Origin: an uncultured virus (IMG/VR IMGVR_UViG_3300021962_006479)
Lineage: Duplodnaviria > Heunggongvirae > Uroviricota > Caudoviricetes
IMG/VR virus record: IMGVR_UViG_3300021962_006479
Strand: one strand, 5' to 3'
DNA length: 64,000 bases
Shown here: in pieces, positions 21,061 to 30,921 of the stretch
Position numbering within the stretch: position 1 is the first letter of the stretch
Layout of the letters: every line of letters begins with the position of its first letter
Position numbers and translations under genes: made by a program
The notes under the pieces: model-generated
What the model saw: only the letters and a program-made list of their open reading frames with translations
The model's database searches: none
What the model was told of the DNA's origin: nothing

Positions 21061-21855
21061 ATGAAACAATTGTTTTTTTTATCGGGTATAGCTCGGTCAG
21101 GATCCACACTATTAGGATCTATTTTAAATCAAAACCCAGACATACATGTATCACCAACAAGTCCATTAATGGATATTTTTTGTCTAACTGAAGAGGTTTA
21201 CAACAAAGTAGAAGTTCAATATACGTTTGATAAAAAAACAACATTGAATAATCTTCAATATCATATACCAAGTACTTTTTATGCTAATATTAATAAACCA
21301 TATGTTATTGATAAACATCGTGGCTGGCCAAGAAATGTAACACAAATTAAAACACATATCACAGATAATCCAAAAATTATCTGTACATATAGACCTATCG
21401 CTGAAAACATTTGTTCTTTTTTAAAATTAATTGAAAAAGACCCACACAACAGTGTAGATAGGGAATTAAGAGAATTAGGACTACCATGCGATACGTATCA
21501 TAGAGCAATGAAACTTTGGTATAATTATTCAAATGACCCATACGAATCATTAAAATATGGGTTAGAACATCATAGAGACAATTTGTTAATTGTTAATTAT
21601 GATGATATAGTTAATGATACTGAAACACAAATGAAACGCATATATAATTTTCTTGGGATACCTGAATATCAACATTCATATAACAATATTTCAAATACTT
21701 GCGGAGAACAAAAGGATGATGCATGGGGATTCAAAAATCTACATAATATACGAGATACAATTACTAAAACTAGTAATGACCCTACACAAATATTAAGTAA
21801 GGATTTATTAGAATTTTTTAATAAGATTGATAATGAGTTACTGTTGGTGGGATAA
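21061..21855 (+). CDS. Sulfotransferase family protein
   Basis: PAPS-binding loop SGIARSGSTLL; DKHR; YDDIV. Confidence 0.8.
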   Translation: MKQLFFLSGIARSGSTLLGSILNQNPDIHVSPTSPLMDIFCLTEEVYNKVEVQYTFDKKTTLNNLQYHIPSTFYANINKPYVIDKHRGWPRNVTQIKTHITDNPKIICTYRPIAENICSFLKLIEKDPHNSVDRELRELGLPCDTYHRAMKLWYNYSNDPYESLKYGLEHHRDNLLIVNYDDIVNDTETQMKRIYNFLGIPEYQHSYNNISNTCGEQKDDAWGFKNLHNIRDTITKTSNDPTQILSKDLLEFFNKIDNELLLVG

Positions 21856-22401
21856 ATGAGTAAAGAAGTTAAGTTAATACATGCAGATGATTTTTTTCCA
21901 GATGATGATGCTCATAAATTATATATGATAAGTAGGAATTTACAATTTGTAGAAAAACAATATGGTTTAGAGATAGATAATTTTAATTTAGTTTTTCCGG
22001 GACTAGATCCTGTTTTTAGTAACGTGATCGGAGAAGAAGTTATTGTAGATCAGGTTCGTTCAGGTATATTCAGACGACCAATGAATTGTATTATCCATTT
22101 TGAAGAATTTGATGATTTAACTGAATGGTGTTTCATCGTAGCTCTTGAACCTACTACATTCAATTTATACAATCATTTAGAAGCCGGCCCATTAAGTAAA
22201 GTAAATGCTAGAAGTGCATTAGATGGATATAAGTTTAATTACAGAAACATGATGGAATGGGATGTATGCGTGAATATTCGATTAGAACCTAATCAAGGTG
22301 TTATTTTTAGACCTTGGTTATTCCATTCAATTGAAGATGGTCTTGTACAATATTATAGACTGATTGGTAAAAAACCAGAACAGGAAACAAATGAAAATTA
22401 A
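21856..22401 (+). CDS. 2OG-Fe(II) oxygenase-like protein (DUF6445-like)
   Basis: DDFF N-terminus, IHFE, N.GVIFRPWLFHS. Confidence 0.5.
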   Translation: MSKEVKLIHADDFFPDDDAHKLYMISRNLQFVEKQYGLEIDNFNLVFPGLDPVFSNVIGEEVIVDQVRSGIFRRPMNCIIHFEEFDDLTEWCFIVALEPTTFNLYNHLEAGPLSKVNARSALDGYKFNYRNMMEWDVCVNIRLEPNQGVIFRPWLFHSIEDGLVQYYRLIGKKPEQETNEN

Positions 22402-22942
22402 TTTAGGTAGTGGATATACTCGATTTGACGGGTATTTAAATGTAGACCACGATCCATTAGTAAATCCAGACTATATTGTTGATTTTGAACATGAACCATT
22501 GCCATTTGAAGATTCTTCAGTATCCGAAATAAGAGCGCATCATGTATTAGAACATATAGGTGATAATTTTTTAAATCTAATGAAGGAGCTTTATCGTGTA
22601 TGTAAACATGATGCGTCATTGGATATTAAATTCCCACATCATCGTTCAGATGTACAGCATATGGACCCAACTCATAAACGTACATTGACAATGGATCAGT
22701 TTCTATTATTTTCTAAATCATATAATCAATGGCATATAGAACAATTTAATTCATCTTCTGGATTTGGATTAAAGCTTAATGTAGATTTTGAAGTAGTAAA
22801 ATACAGAAATATTGCTAGACCAGTTTGGGAAGAAAGATTTAAATCCATGTCCCCGGAAGAAATACAAATGGTATCTGACAATTTTAATAATGTGTATATT
22901 GAAACACATATGTTTATGAAAGTAATAAAAAATGAAAATTAA
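22391..22942 (+). CDS. SAM-dependent methyltransferase (type 11)
   Basis: KINLGSG...LPFEDSSV.EI.AHHVLEH...DPTH; ATG at 22391. Confidence 0.8.
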   Translation: MKINLGSGYTRFDGYLNVDHDPLVNPDYIVDFEHEPLPFEDSSVSEIRAHHVLEHIGDNFLNLMKELYRVCKHDASLDIKFPHHRSDVQHMDPTHKRTLTMDQFLLFSKSYNQWHIEQFNSSSGFGLKLNVDFEVVKYRNIARPVWEERFKSMSPEEIQMVSDNFNNVYIETHMFMKVIKNEN

Positions 22943-23489
22943 TATAGGATCAGGATATAAAAAAGTACCTGGATTTGTAAATATAGATTCAAGCCCAGCA
23001 TGTAAACCGGATTACGTAGTTGATCTTGAAAAAGATGAATTTCCATTTAACGATTCTACTGTAGATGAAGTTAGGGCTATTCATATATTAGAACATCTAG
23101 GTGAAGGATTTTTTCATTGTATGAAAGAATTATATCGGGTATGTAAGAATGGTGCTACTATACATATAGAAGTACCTCATCCTAGACATGATACTTTTTT
23201 AATTGATCCGACTCATAGAAGACCAATCTATCCAGAAACATTGAATATGTTTTCTCGCAAGCACAATTTAAGAGATATTATGAACAATGGAAATGAAACT
23301 CCTGTTGCCATTATTAATAATGTGGATTTTGAAATGATAGCACATAGATTGCACTATGATCCTTATTATGAAGAAACGTTTAAAACTATGCCAGAAGAAC
23401 AAATTAATCATATTTTAAGAACAACTAATAATGTTATAGGTACTATGGAAATGATACTAAAGGTAATTAAAGATGACTCAAATAGCTAA
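22932..23489 (+). CDS. SAM-dependent methyltransferase (type 11), tandem paralog
   Basis: KINIGSG...FPFNDSTVDEV.AIHILEH...DPTH. Confidence 0.8.
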   Translation: MKINIGSGYKKVPGFVNIDSSPACKPDYVVDLEKDEFPFNDSTVDEVRAIHILEHLGEGFFHCMKELYRVCKNGATIHIEVPHPRHDTFLIDPTHRRPIYPETLNMFSRKHNLRDIMNNGNETPVAIINNVDFEMIAHRLHYDPYYEETFKTMPEEQINHILRTTNNVIGTMEMILKVIKDDSNS

Positions 23490-24786
23490 AACCCCATTAT
23501 CAACGGTTGAATTTTTTATAGACTTAAAAGAAAATAATAAAGCTAAAATTGTTTTAGATTTGCTAAAACCCTATGCTAGTACAATAGACCATATAGATCA
23601 AATTGGTAAATTATATGCCGATATTCGTGAATTCAACGACACATTAGAACTTGCTCATAAAATTTATAACTTATGTACAGATGATGAAACACGATATACT
23701 GCACGTGTAAATATTATTCGTGCCCATCTGAATTTAAATCAACCTATAGAAGCATTAGAATACATTTTGATTAATGAAAAAGAAAAACCAAATGACCACC
23801 CAAATCAAATGGATAAGGCAATGGTTTACTTTTTATTAAATCAAAAACCAATCGGTGAAAAAATACTTAGAAATATATTAACTCAACCTAGAACAAAAGA
23901 TGTTGATAAAAGAGTTACGTTTAATCTTGGTACATATGAGTTGAGTGCTGGTAATTTTAGACCAGGACTACGAAAAGTATTGCTTGCTGGTAGAGAGTTA
24001 AACATATGGGAAAGCTATAATTTACCAAAAGAAAATAATTTTACTGGCACCATAATACCCGGTAAGACTATTCTTATATGTTCTGAGGGTGGCATGGGAG
24101 ATGAAATTATATCTGTTAGATTTGCAAAACATCTCAGAGATAAAGGAATGAAACCTATATGGTATACAACAAAAGAAGATTTGGCAAGTATATTTAGACG
24201 TGCAGGTTTTGAAACAATCACGAATTTGAAAGAATATAAACCTGATTGGTTATGGTGCTACGCCATGCCCGTACCTTGTTATTTAGAACTTGAACAAGAG
24301 GACTTGTGGTATGGACCATATATTACCCCCTTACGTGTTAAAAAACAATTGCCGGGAAATAAAAAAGTTGGCATTAAAACAATGGGTAATCCTAAATATG
24401 ATCAAGACTTGCATAGAACTATTCCCTGGGAAGATACAATAAATGCTATACCAGAAGATTATACAATTTACTCGTTTCACCTTGATGAAGATTTTTATCA
24501 TCCTAGAGTAATCAATCTTAAAGATAAAATTAATTCTTGGGAAGACACTTTAGATTATATTGATCAAATGGATATTATTGTTTCTAGCTGTACATCATTG
24601 GCACATGCGGCAGCGGCAATGGATAAAAAAACATATGTATGTGTACCTATCTTAAATTATTACACTTGGGCAATACCTGGTAATTATAGCAAATGGTATA
24701 GTAACAATTTACAAATTATACGTCAAACAGAATATGATAATTGGAATTCTACTATGGCTGAATTAAAAGAATTGTTACATAAATGA
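23473..24786 (+). CDS. TPR + GT9/heptosyltransferase-like glycosyltransferase
   Basis: Helical N-terminus; EGGMGDEI..VRF; MDIIVSSCTSLAHAAAA. Confidence 0.7.
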   Translation: MTQIAKTPLSTVEFFIDLKENNKAKIVLDLLKPYASTIDHIDQIGKLYADIREFNDTLELAHKIYNLCTDDETRYTARVNIIRAHLNLNQPIEALEYILINEKEKPNDHPNQMDKAMVYFLLNQKPIGEKILRNILTQPRTKDVDKRVTFNLGTYELSAGNFRPGLRKVLLAGRELNIWESYNLPKENNFTGTIIPGKTILICSEGGMGDEIISVRFAKHLRDKGMKPIWYTTKEDLASIFRRAGFETITNLKEYKPDWLWCYAMPVPCYLELEQEDLWYGPYITPLRVKKQLPGNKKVGIKTMGNPKYDQDLHRTIPWEDTINAIPEDYTIYSFHLDEDFYHPRVINLKDKINSWEDTLDYIDQMDIIVSSCTSLAHAAAAMDKKTYVCVPILNYYTWAIPGNYSKWYSNNLQIIRQTEYDNWNSTMAELKELLHK

Positions 24787-25496
24787 TTTACACATTTGGT
24801 GATAGTTACATGTGGGGTTGGAACTTTTTTACTGATGCTAGTATAAGTGAGGACCAGCGAAAAGAACTTGTATGGCCTGCAGTTTTAGCTAAAAAGTTAA
24901 ATCAACCACTAACTGATTATTCATTACCTGCATCTAGTAATTGGAGAATCGCTAGAAAATTACAATCATTGCCTTTAACAAAAGATGATATTGTATTGAT
25001 AGGATGGACAGCGCCTACCCGTTTTGAGTTTGGCCTAGCAAACGAGTATGATATTATTCCTAATCATCCGGATATCCATTATAGGATAACAGATTTAAAT
25101 GAAGATGATGACGGAATAAGAACTAAAAGATTATCATACCATTTAATGGATCGTACAACCTGTCACTATGCTAAAAACTTTATGTGGTCAGCTTACGGGC
25201 CGTTTAATTCTGAACCTTGGTATAAAGAAATGTTCAAAGTAATGTTTACATCTTGTCAAAATGTATTAGATAAGGCAGGATGTAGGTGGTTAGCATTTGA
25301 CGTATGGTGCGACCAATGTGAAGATAATGAATTCAATGATGTAAGTAACTATATATTAAGAGGAACTAATTTGCTAAATGCTTCTAGAAATATACCAGGT
25401 AAAGAAACTGATAAAGAATATTGGTCAAAAGAAGAACATATCAATGTAGCAGATTTATTAATAAAGGAATTAAATAATGGATACTCTAACAATTAA
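24783..25496 (+). CDS. SGNH hydrolase-like protein
   Basis: FGDSYMWG block, ASSN, GWT...R. Confidence 0.55.
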   Translation: MIYTFGDSYMWGWNFFTDASISEDQRKELVWPAVLAKKLNQPLTDYSLPASSNWRIARKLQSLPLTKDDIVLIGWTAPTRFEFGLANEYDIIPNHPDIHYRITDLNEDDDGIRTKRLSYHLMDRTTCHYAKNFMWSAYGPFNSEPWYKEMFKVMFTSCQNVLDKAGCRWLAFDVWCDQCEDNEFNDVSNYILRGTNLLNASRNIPGKETDKEYWSKEEHINVADLLIKELNNGYSNN

Positions 25497-26097
25497 TAAT
25501 TTTTTACCATATCCAAATCAAGTTAGGGCTTGGGCATTACAACAAGAATTTTTAAACGCACAACAATTTACACAAAAATATAATACACATACAGATTGGC
25601 CAGGTTCAAGAACAGATCATGTATACGATCTTGATAAAATATACGGTGATAACGTACTTAATGCAGTTTCAAATATTATAACAAGAATGACAGGAAAACA
25701 AGGCCTAAGTATCAAATCTTATTTTCAGCTAACAACTGAAAATGACGGTGACAGTTGGGTACATCAAGATAATAATATTGATTATGCCGCATTATTGTAC
25801 TTGAATCCAAATGCTGACCCATCAACGGGTACAACGTTATATCGTTGCAATGATGTTGATAAATGGACAAGCTATATGAATGATCAGGCTGGGTATAATA
25901 AATTAAAACAAATTAACACAAAAGAAGATGTTGAACTATATCAACAACTATTCACCCCGGTAGATATAATTGGTAATGTGTTTAATCGGTTAGTAATATA
26001 CAAAGGTGATATCTATCATAAGTCAAATAAATATTTTGGTACTACAAAAGAAGATAGCAGACTAACTCAAGTATTTTTTATCACATTTGAGAAATAA
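25477..26097 (+). CDS. 2OG-Fe(II) oxygenase (DUF6445-like)
   Basis: WPG.R, WVHQD, YLNP, GT, NRLVIY....H.S, RLTQVFF. Confidence 0.7.
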   Translation: MDTLTINNFLPYPNQVRAWALQQEFLNAQQFTQKYNTHTDWPGSRTDHVYDLDKIYGDNVLNAVSNIITRMTGKQGLSIKSYFQLTTENDGDSWVHQDNNIDYAALLYLNPNADPSTGTTLYRCNDVDKWTSYMNDQAGYNKLKQINTKEDVELYQQLFTPVDIIGNVFNRLVIYKGDIYHKSNKYFGTTKEDSRLTQVFFITFEK

Positions 26098-26478
26098 ATG
26101 CAACACTTCAACATTTTGTCTATAAATTTAACATCTATCACAACGGATGAACCTATTGAGGATGTACCGTGTGGCACATGTACTAGATGTTGTGAATTAC
26201 TTGCTCCTAATTTAACTCCGGACGAAATTAGTTCAGGTAAATATCCACTAAGTTTAGTTACACCCACACTTGAACAACGTAATGCTAATCCTAATATAGG
26301 TCCTATAGTAACAATCTTTAAGAAAAATGGTGGAGGTTGTAATATGTTTGTAAATGGTAAATGTTCTATATATGAATATAGACCCATAGCGTGTAGACAA
26401 TTTGATTGCAGAAAAGGCCATCACCCGTCAGTAATCTCTATAGCTAATGAAAAATTTGGCAAAGTTAACGATAGTTAA
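26098..26478 (+). CDS. YkgJ-like Zn/Fe-chelating cysteine-cluster protein
   Basis: CGTCTRCC...C.MF..GKCSIYEYRP.ACR.FDC. Confidence 0.75.
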   Translation: MQHFNILSINLTSITTDEPIEDVPCGTCTRCCELLAPNLTPDEISSGKYPLSLVTPTLEQRNANPNIGPIVTIFKKNGGGCNMFVNGKCSIYEYRPIACRQFDCRKGHHPSVISIANEKFGKVNDS

Positions 26479-26532
26479 AAATAAACGGGTAATATATCTC
26501 TACTATAAATATTTTTATATCAGGAGATAAAC

Positions 26533-27324
26533 ATGACACAACGTATTCTAATTATGGGTCTGCCAGGCTCAGGCAAAACTTATCTGGCACAACACTTACT
26601 CGGTCACTTACAAACAGCTAATAAACGTGTAGCTTGGCTAAACGCAGATGATGTTCGTAAAAAATATAATGATTGGGATTTCAGCAAAGAAGGACGTATA
26701 CGTCAAAGTTTGCGTATGCGTGAACTAGCAGATGCAATGACTGATGTTGATTACGTTATATGTGACTTTGTTGCACCACTAGTTGAGATGCGTAATAACT
26801 TCAAAGCTGATTGGACTATTTGGGTAGATACAATAAAAGAGGGTCGCTATGAAGATACTAACAAAGCATTCATTCCACCAGAAGTATATGATTTCCGTAT
26901 CACCGAACAAAACTCAGAAAAATGGAGTGAGTTTATATTTGCACATCTATATGACAATAGACGCAGACCTATTTTTGATTGGAAAAAAGAAACGGTGCAA
27001 ATGCTAGGACGGTGGCAACCATGGCATGATGGTCATAGTGCATTGTTTGAACGTGCTATAAATAAGACAGGACAGGTTGTTATTCAAATACGGGACTGTC
27101 AAGGTTGGCAAGGAAGTAACCCATTTGAAATTGAAAAAGTCAAATCATTTATTAAACGTGATTTAGATCCATTATATCAAGGTCAATATGAGATTCAAGT
27201 TGTGCCAAACATTGTGAATATTACATATGGACGTGATGTTGGATATAAGATTGAACAAGAAACATTTGATGACAAAATACATGCCATAAGTGCAACAAAT
27301 ATTCGTAAATCATTGGGACTATGA
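26533..27324 (+). CDS. Adenylylsulfate-kinase-like P-loop domain fused to a HIGH-type nucleotidyltransferase domain
   Basis: GLPGSGKT, LNAD.VR; second domain GRWQPWHDGH...ISATNIR. Confidence 0.7.
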   Translation: MTQRILIMGLPGSGKTYLAQHLLGHLQTANKRVAWLNADDVRKKYNDWDFSKEGRIRQSLRMRELADAMTDVDYVICDFVAPLVEMRNNFKADWTIWVDTIKEGRYEDTNKAFIPPEVYDFRITEQNSEKWSEFIFAHLYDNRRRPIFDWKKETVQMLGRWQPWHDGHSALFERAINKTGQVVIQIRDCQGWQGSNPFEIEKVKSFIKRDLDPLYQGQYEIQVVPNIVNITYGRDVGYKIEQETFDDKIHAISATNIRKSLGL

Positions 27325-27728
27325 AAGTTTTTGTTAACGGGACATTTGATATATTGCATATAGGCCATTTGGAACTATTAAACTATGCAAAGAGTTTAGG
27401 TACATATCTTGTAGTAGCAATTGATTCCGATAACAGAGTAACAGAGAAAAAAGGCAGTGATAGACCATTCAATAAAATAGATAATAGAATAGCATTACTT
27501 AGTAACTTAAAAGCTGTTGATAAAGTATTAGTTTTTAATACAGATTTTGAATTAGAAAACATAATTGAACAATACAGTCCAGACATAATGCTAGTTGGCA
27601 GTGATTGGAAAGATAAAACAGTAATAGGGTCAGAGTATGCTAAAGAGTTAGTATTCTTTGATAGAACGATAGATGAATCAACAACAAAAACAATTGAAAA
27701 TTACATTAATAGGCGACACTTGCATTGA
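27321..27728 (+). CDS. Heptose-1-phosphate adenylyltransferase-like (RfaE domain II / HldC)
   Basis: NGTFDILHIGH, KG..RP, GSDW, STTK. Confidence 0.8.
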   Translation: MKVFVNGTFDILHIGHLELLNYAKSLGTYLVVAIDSDNRVTEKKGSDRPFNKIDNRIALLSNLKAVDKVLVFNTDFELENIIEQYSPDIMLVGSDWKDKTVIGSEYAKELVFFDRTIDESTTKTIENYINRRHLH

Positions 27729-28428
27729 TGAATATCAATATGGTACAGTAGATAGAATTAGCCCAGAAGCTCCTGTACCCGTTTTTGTTCCTAAACATAC
27801 TGATATCAAATCAGGCATGGGTAGCAATGTAAAAGAAAATCTATTAGCATTGGGATTGACTGTTTCATCTTTCTTAGGTGACCCGTCTAAAAAGAAACGC
27901 TTAATAGATGTAAAATCTAAACAACAACTAATGCGTATTGATGACGATGTGAAATCTCATCCTTGCAAATTAGACTATATATTAGAATTTATAACTGATA
28001 GTGATGCTATAGTTATTTCTGATTATGCTAAAGGCTTTGTTACAGAAGAATTGATTATTGGCATTAGACAACAGTATAATGGTCCTATCTTTGTTGATAC
28101 AAAGAAACGTGATTTAAAACTGTTTGAAGGATGTATAGTAAAGATCAATGAAACAGAGTATAATAGCAGAACTAGTGATTGTTCTAACATGGTAATCACC
28201 CATGGTGGCAGTAGTGTATCATATAATAACAAAACATTCAACGTGCCTAAAGTAGATGCATTTGATGTGTGCGGTGCAGGAGACACATTCTTATCAGCAT
28301 TGACTTATGGATATTTAACAACAAAAGATATGGAACAAGCAATATCTTTTGCTATTAAAGCTAGTTCTATTACAGTACAGCACATTGGTGTATATGCACC
28401 TACATTAAAGGAAATAAATGCGACTTGA
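27673..28428 (+). CDS. Heptose-7-phosphate kinase-like PfkB protein (RfaE domain I / HldA)
   Basis: RISPEAPVPV, ISDYAKG, DVCGAGDTF. Confidence 0.85.
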   Translation: MNQQQKQLKITLIGDTCIDEYQYGTVDRISPEAPVPVFVPKHTDIKSGMGSNVKENLLALGLTVSSFLGDPSKKKRLIDVKSKQQLMRIDDDVKSHPCKLDYILEFITDSDAIVISDYAKGFVTEELIIGIRQQYNGPIFVDTKKRDLKLFEGCIVKINETEYNSRTSDCSNMVITHGGSSVSYNNKTFNVPKVDAFDVCGAGDTFLSALTYGYLTTKDMEQAISFAIKASSITVQHIGVYAPTLKEINAT

Positions 28429-28774
28429 AGGATTTGTAGAGAAGGGTTGGGGAGCAGAAAATATCTGGGCTACCAATGATAAATATTGCGGAAAGATGTT
28501 GCACTTTAATACTGGCTCTAAATTTAGTATGCACTTTCATGCAATCAAAGATGAAACTTGGCATGTTGTATCCGGTAAGTTCAAAGTTATATGTATCAAT
28601 ACAGCAAACGCAACACAATACGAACATATATTAGAGAAGGGTGATACATGGCATAACCCACCATTATTACCGCATCAGTTAATATGTATTGAAGAGGGTG
28701 TGATTTGTGAAGTTAGTACACCCGATAGTGTAGAAGATAATTATAGAATACTACCCGGAGATAGTCAAAAATGA
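28418..28774 (+). CDS. Cupin, mannose-6-phosphate isomerase/sugar isomerase-like
   Basis: KGWG.E, SMHFH..KDETW, EVSTPD. Confidence 0.75.
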   Translation: MRLEGFVEKGWGAENIWATNDKYCGKMLHFNTGSKFSMHFHAIKDETWHVVSGKFKVICINTANATQYEHILEKGDTWHNPPLLPHQLICIEEGVICEVSTPDSVEDNYRILPGDSQK

Positions 28775-29064
28775 AATATATTGTAGATATAGATGGTACA
28801 ATATGTACTACAACCAATGGTGATTATGCTAATGCTGAACCTTATCTATCACGTATACAACATTTTAATATGTTATATGATGCTGGTAATGAGATACATT
28901 ATTGGACAGCACGTGGTGCTAATAGTGGAAAAAATTGGGATAACCTTACATTAATGCAATTAGCTGATTGGGGTGTAAAGTATACAACTGCTAAGTCGGG
29001 TAAGCCTGCATATGATATTTGGATTGATGATAAAGCATTTAACGTAGGTACATATTTTAAATGA
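28771..29064 (+). CDS. HAD-family phosphatase (capsule/heptose pathway type)
   Basis: DIDGT, WTARG, GKP..D..IDDK. Confidence 0.75.
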   Translation: MKYIVDIDGTICTTTNGDYANAEPYLSRIQHFNMLYDAGNEIHYWTARGANSGKNWDNLTLMQLADWGVKYTTAKSGKPAYDIWIDDKAFNVGTYFK

Positions 29065-29837
29065 AAATATTATTAACAGGGCATAAAGGCTTTATAGGCA
29101 GTTATATGCTTAAAGCACTAGCAGAGCATGATGTTACTACATATGAGTGGTCGGATGGCATTAGACCTAGTGTAATAGATTTTAATTGGGTAATTCATAT
29201 GGGTGGAATCAGTAGCACAACCGAACGTGATATTGATAAGATACTTAGACAGAACACAGAGTTTAGCATAGACTTATATGAAGAATGTAAAACATTTGGA
29301 GTTAATATGCAATATTCTAGTAGTGCAAGTGTGTATGGATTGGGTACAGATTTTACTGAAACTGCTCCAGTTGATCCAAGAAATCCTTATGCCTGGAGCA
29401 AGTATTTATTTGAGAGATATGTAGAAAAACATCCTACAGGAAGTATAGTACAAGGATTTAGATACTTTAATGTATATGCATTAAATGGTATAGGAGAAGA
29501 GCACAAAGATAAACAAGCAAGCCCCTTCAGTCAGTTTTATCAGCAATCAAAGACGGGGGAAATTAGTGTATTTGAAAATAGTGCAGAACATAAGAGAGAT
29601 TTTGTTCCTGTAGAAGATGTAATAGATATTCACTTAAAGTTTTTAAATGTGAAAGAATCCGGGATATTTAATGTAGGTAGTGGGAAACCTATGAGTTTCT
29701 TGGATATAGCAAACACTTTCAATGTTAAAGTAGTTGAAATTCCGATTCCAGAGATATTGAAAAACAATTATCAGAAATACACATGTGCTGATATGACTAA
29801 AACAAGGAAAACGCTAGCTAATATTGAAAATAGATAA
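29061..29837 (+). CDS. hldD: ADP-L-glycero-D-manno-heptose-6-epimerase-like NAD-dependent epimerase
   Basis: TGHKGFIG, SSTTE, SSASVYG, YAWSK, RYFNVY, RDF, YQKYTCAD. Confidence 0.75.
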   Translation: MKILLTGHKGFIGSYMLKALAEHDVTTYEWSDGIRPSVIDFNWVIHMGGISSTTERDIDKILRQNTEFSIDLYEECKTFGVNMQYSSSASVYGLGTDFTETAPVDPRNPYAWSKYLFERYVEKHPTGSIVQGFRYFNVYALNGIGEEHKDKQASPFSQFYQQSKTGEISVFENSAEHKRDFVPVEDVIDIHLKFLNVKESGIFNVGSGKPMSFLDIANTFNVKVVEIPIPEILKNNYQKYTCADMTKTRKTLANIENR

Positions 29838-29848
29838 GTAGTTATCTA

Positions 29849-30283
29849 ATGAACTCATTTCAATCGTCTTACGACAATAGATTACAAAGCTGGTATAATT
29901 TACGCAATCAAATCAAAGATTTTGATTTAGATCAACAATGTGTAGAAATAGACAAATGGTGGCAACGTGCCCCATTAGTTAACCATTATTTACATCCAAT
30001 TGATTTACCCACATGGCCCGGTCCTTGGGAACTTTTGGTAGAAAACACCTATTGTACGCTTGCAAGAGGTCTAGGAATGTGTTATACTCTACTATTAATG
30101 GATATTACTGATATAGAGTTTGTGTTAGCTACTGATTCTCAAGGAGATGATGTTTCATTAGTTATAGTATATGATACCTATGTACTTAATTATTGGCCTA
30201 ACACTGTACAAACCAATAAAACAACAGATTTTACGCTATCAACCCGAATAAGTATAGACTCATTGAAAGAAAAAATAAGATGA
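29849..30283 (+). CDS. Conserved phage protein (weak transglutaminase-like cysteine motif)
   Basis: WPGPWEL...YC..ARGLGMCYTL. Confidence 0.5.
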   Translation: MNSFQSSYDNRLQSWYNLRNQIKDFDLDQQCVEIDKWWQRAPLVNHYLHPIDLPTWPGPWELLVENTYCTLARGLGMCYTLLLMDITDIEFVLATDSQGDDVSLVIVYDTYVLNYWPNTVQTNKTTDFTLSTRISIDSLKEKIR

Positions 30284-30918
30284 ATCAGTTTTATGTTTAT
30301 GCGTATTTACGAGAAGATGGTACCCCTTACTATATAGGTAAGGGTAAGGATAAAAGGGCTTGGACAAAAGCTAAAAATGAAATAGGCAAACCAACAGATA
30401 TATCACGTATTGTTATATTACAAGAAAATTTAACTGATACCGAAGCAAAGGAACATGAAATTAATTTAATAAAAACATATGGTAGGATAGATTTGGGTAC
30501 GGGAATTTTAAGAAATAAAACTAATGGAGGAGATGGTGTTCGTTTGATTGGAAAACAAAATGGTATGTTTGGAAGAACAAAAGAAAAACACCATGCATAT
30601 GGTAAAAAACGACCAGACATGACCGGAGAACACAATCCCATGCATGGTAAAAAAAGAGAAGAACATCCGGCATATGGCTATAAGCATACTTCCGAAAGTA
30701 GAGATGCTATAAAGTTATCAAAAGTAGGAGTTAAACGAATAAATTTTGATCAATCAGGATCAAAAAACCCAATGTATGGTAAAACAGGAGAAAATAATCC
30801 TAACTATGGTAAAAAACTCTCAAAGAAAAAATGTGACGCCTGTGGCATATTAGCAAGTATTGGTATGTTTAATAGATGGCATCTTAACGGAAAATGTCAA
30901 AATAAAAATAAAAGGTAA
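30280..30918 (+). CDS. GIY-YIG homing endonuclease with NUMOD3 repeats
   Basis: YVYAY...PYYIGKG..R, N.T.GG.G, repeated G..NPMYGK; immediately upstream of nrdA. Confidence 0.8.
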   Translation: MNQFYVYAYLREDGTPYYIGKGKDKRAWTKAKNEIGKPTDISRIVILQENLTDTEAKEHEINLIKTYGRIDLGTGILRNKTNGGDGVRLIGKQNGMFGRTKEKHHAYGKKRPDMTGEHNPMHGKKREEHPAYGYKHTSESRDAIKLSKVGVKRINFDQSGSKNPMYGKTGENNPNYGKKLSKKKCDACGILASIGMFNRWHLNGKCQNKNKR

Positions 30919-30921
30919 TAA

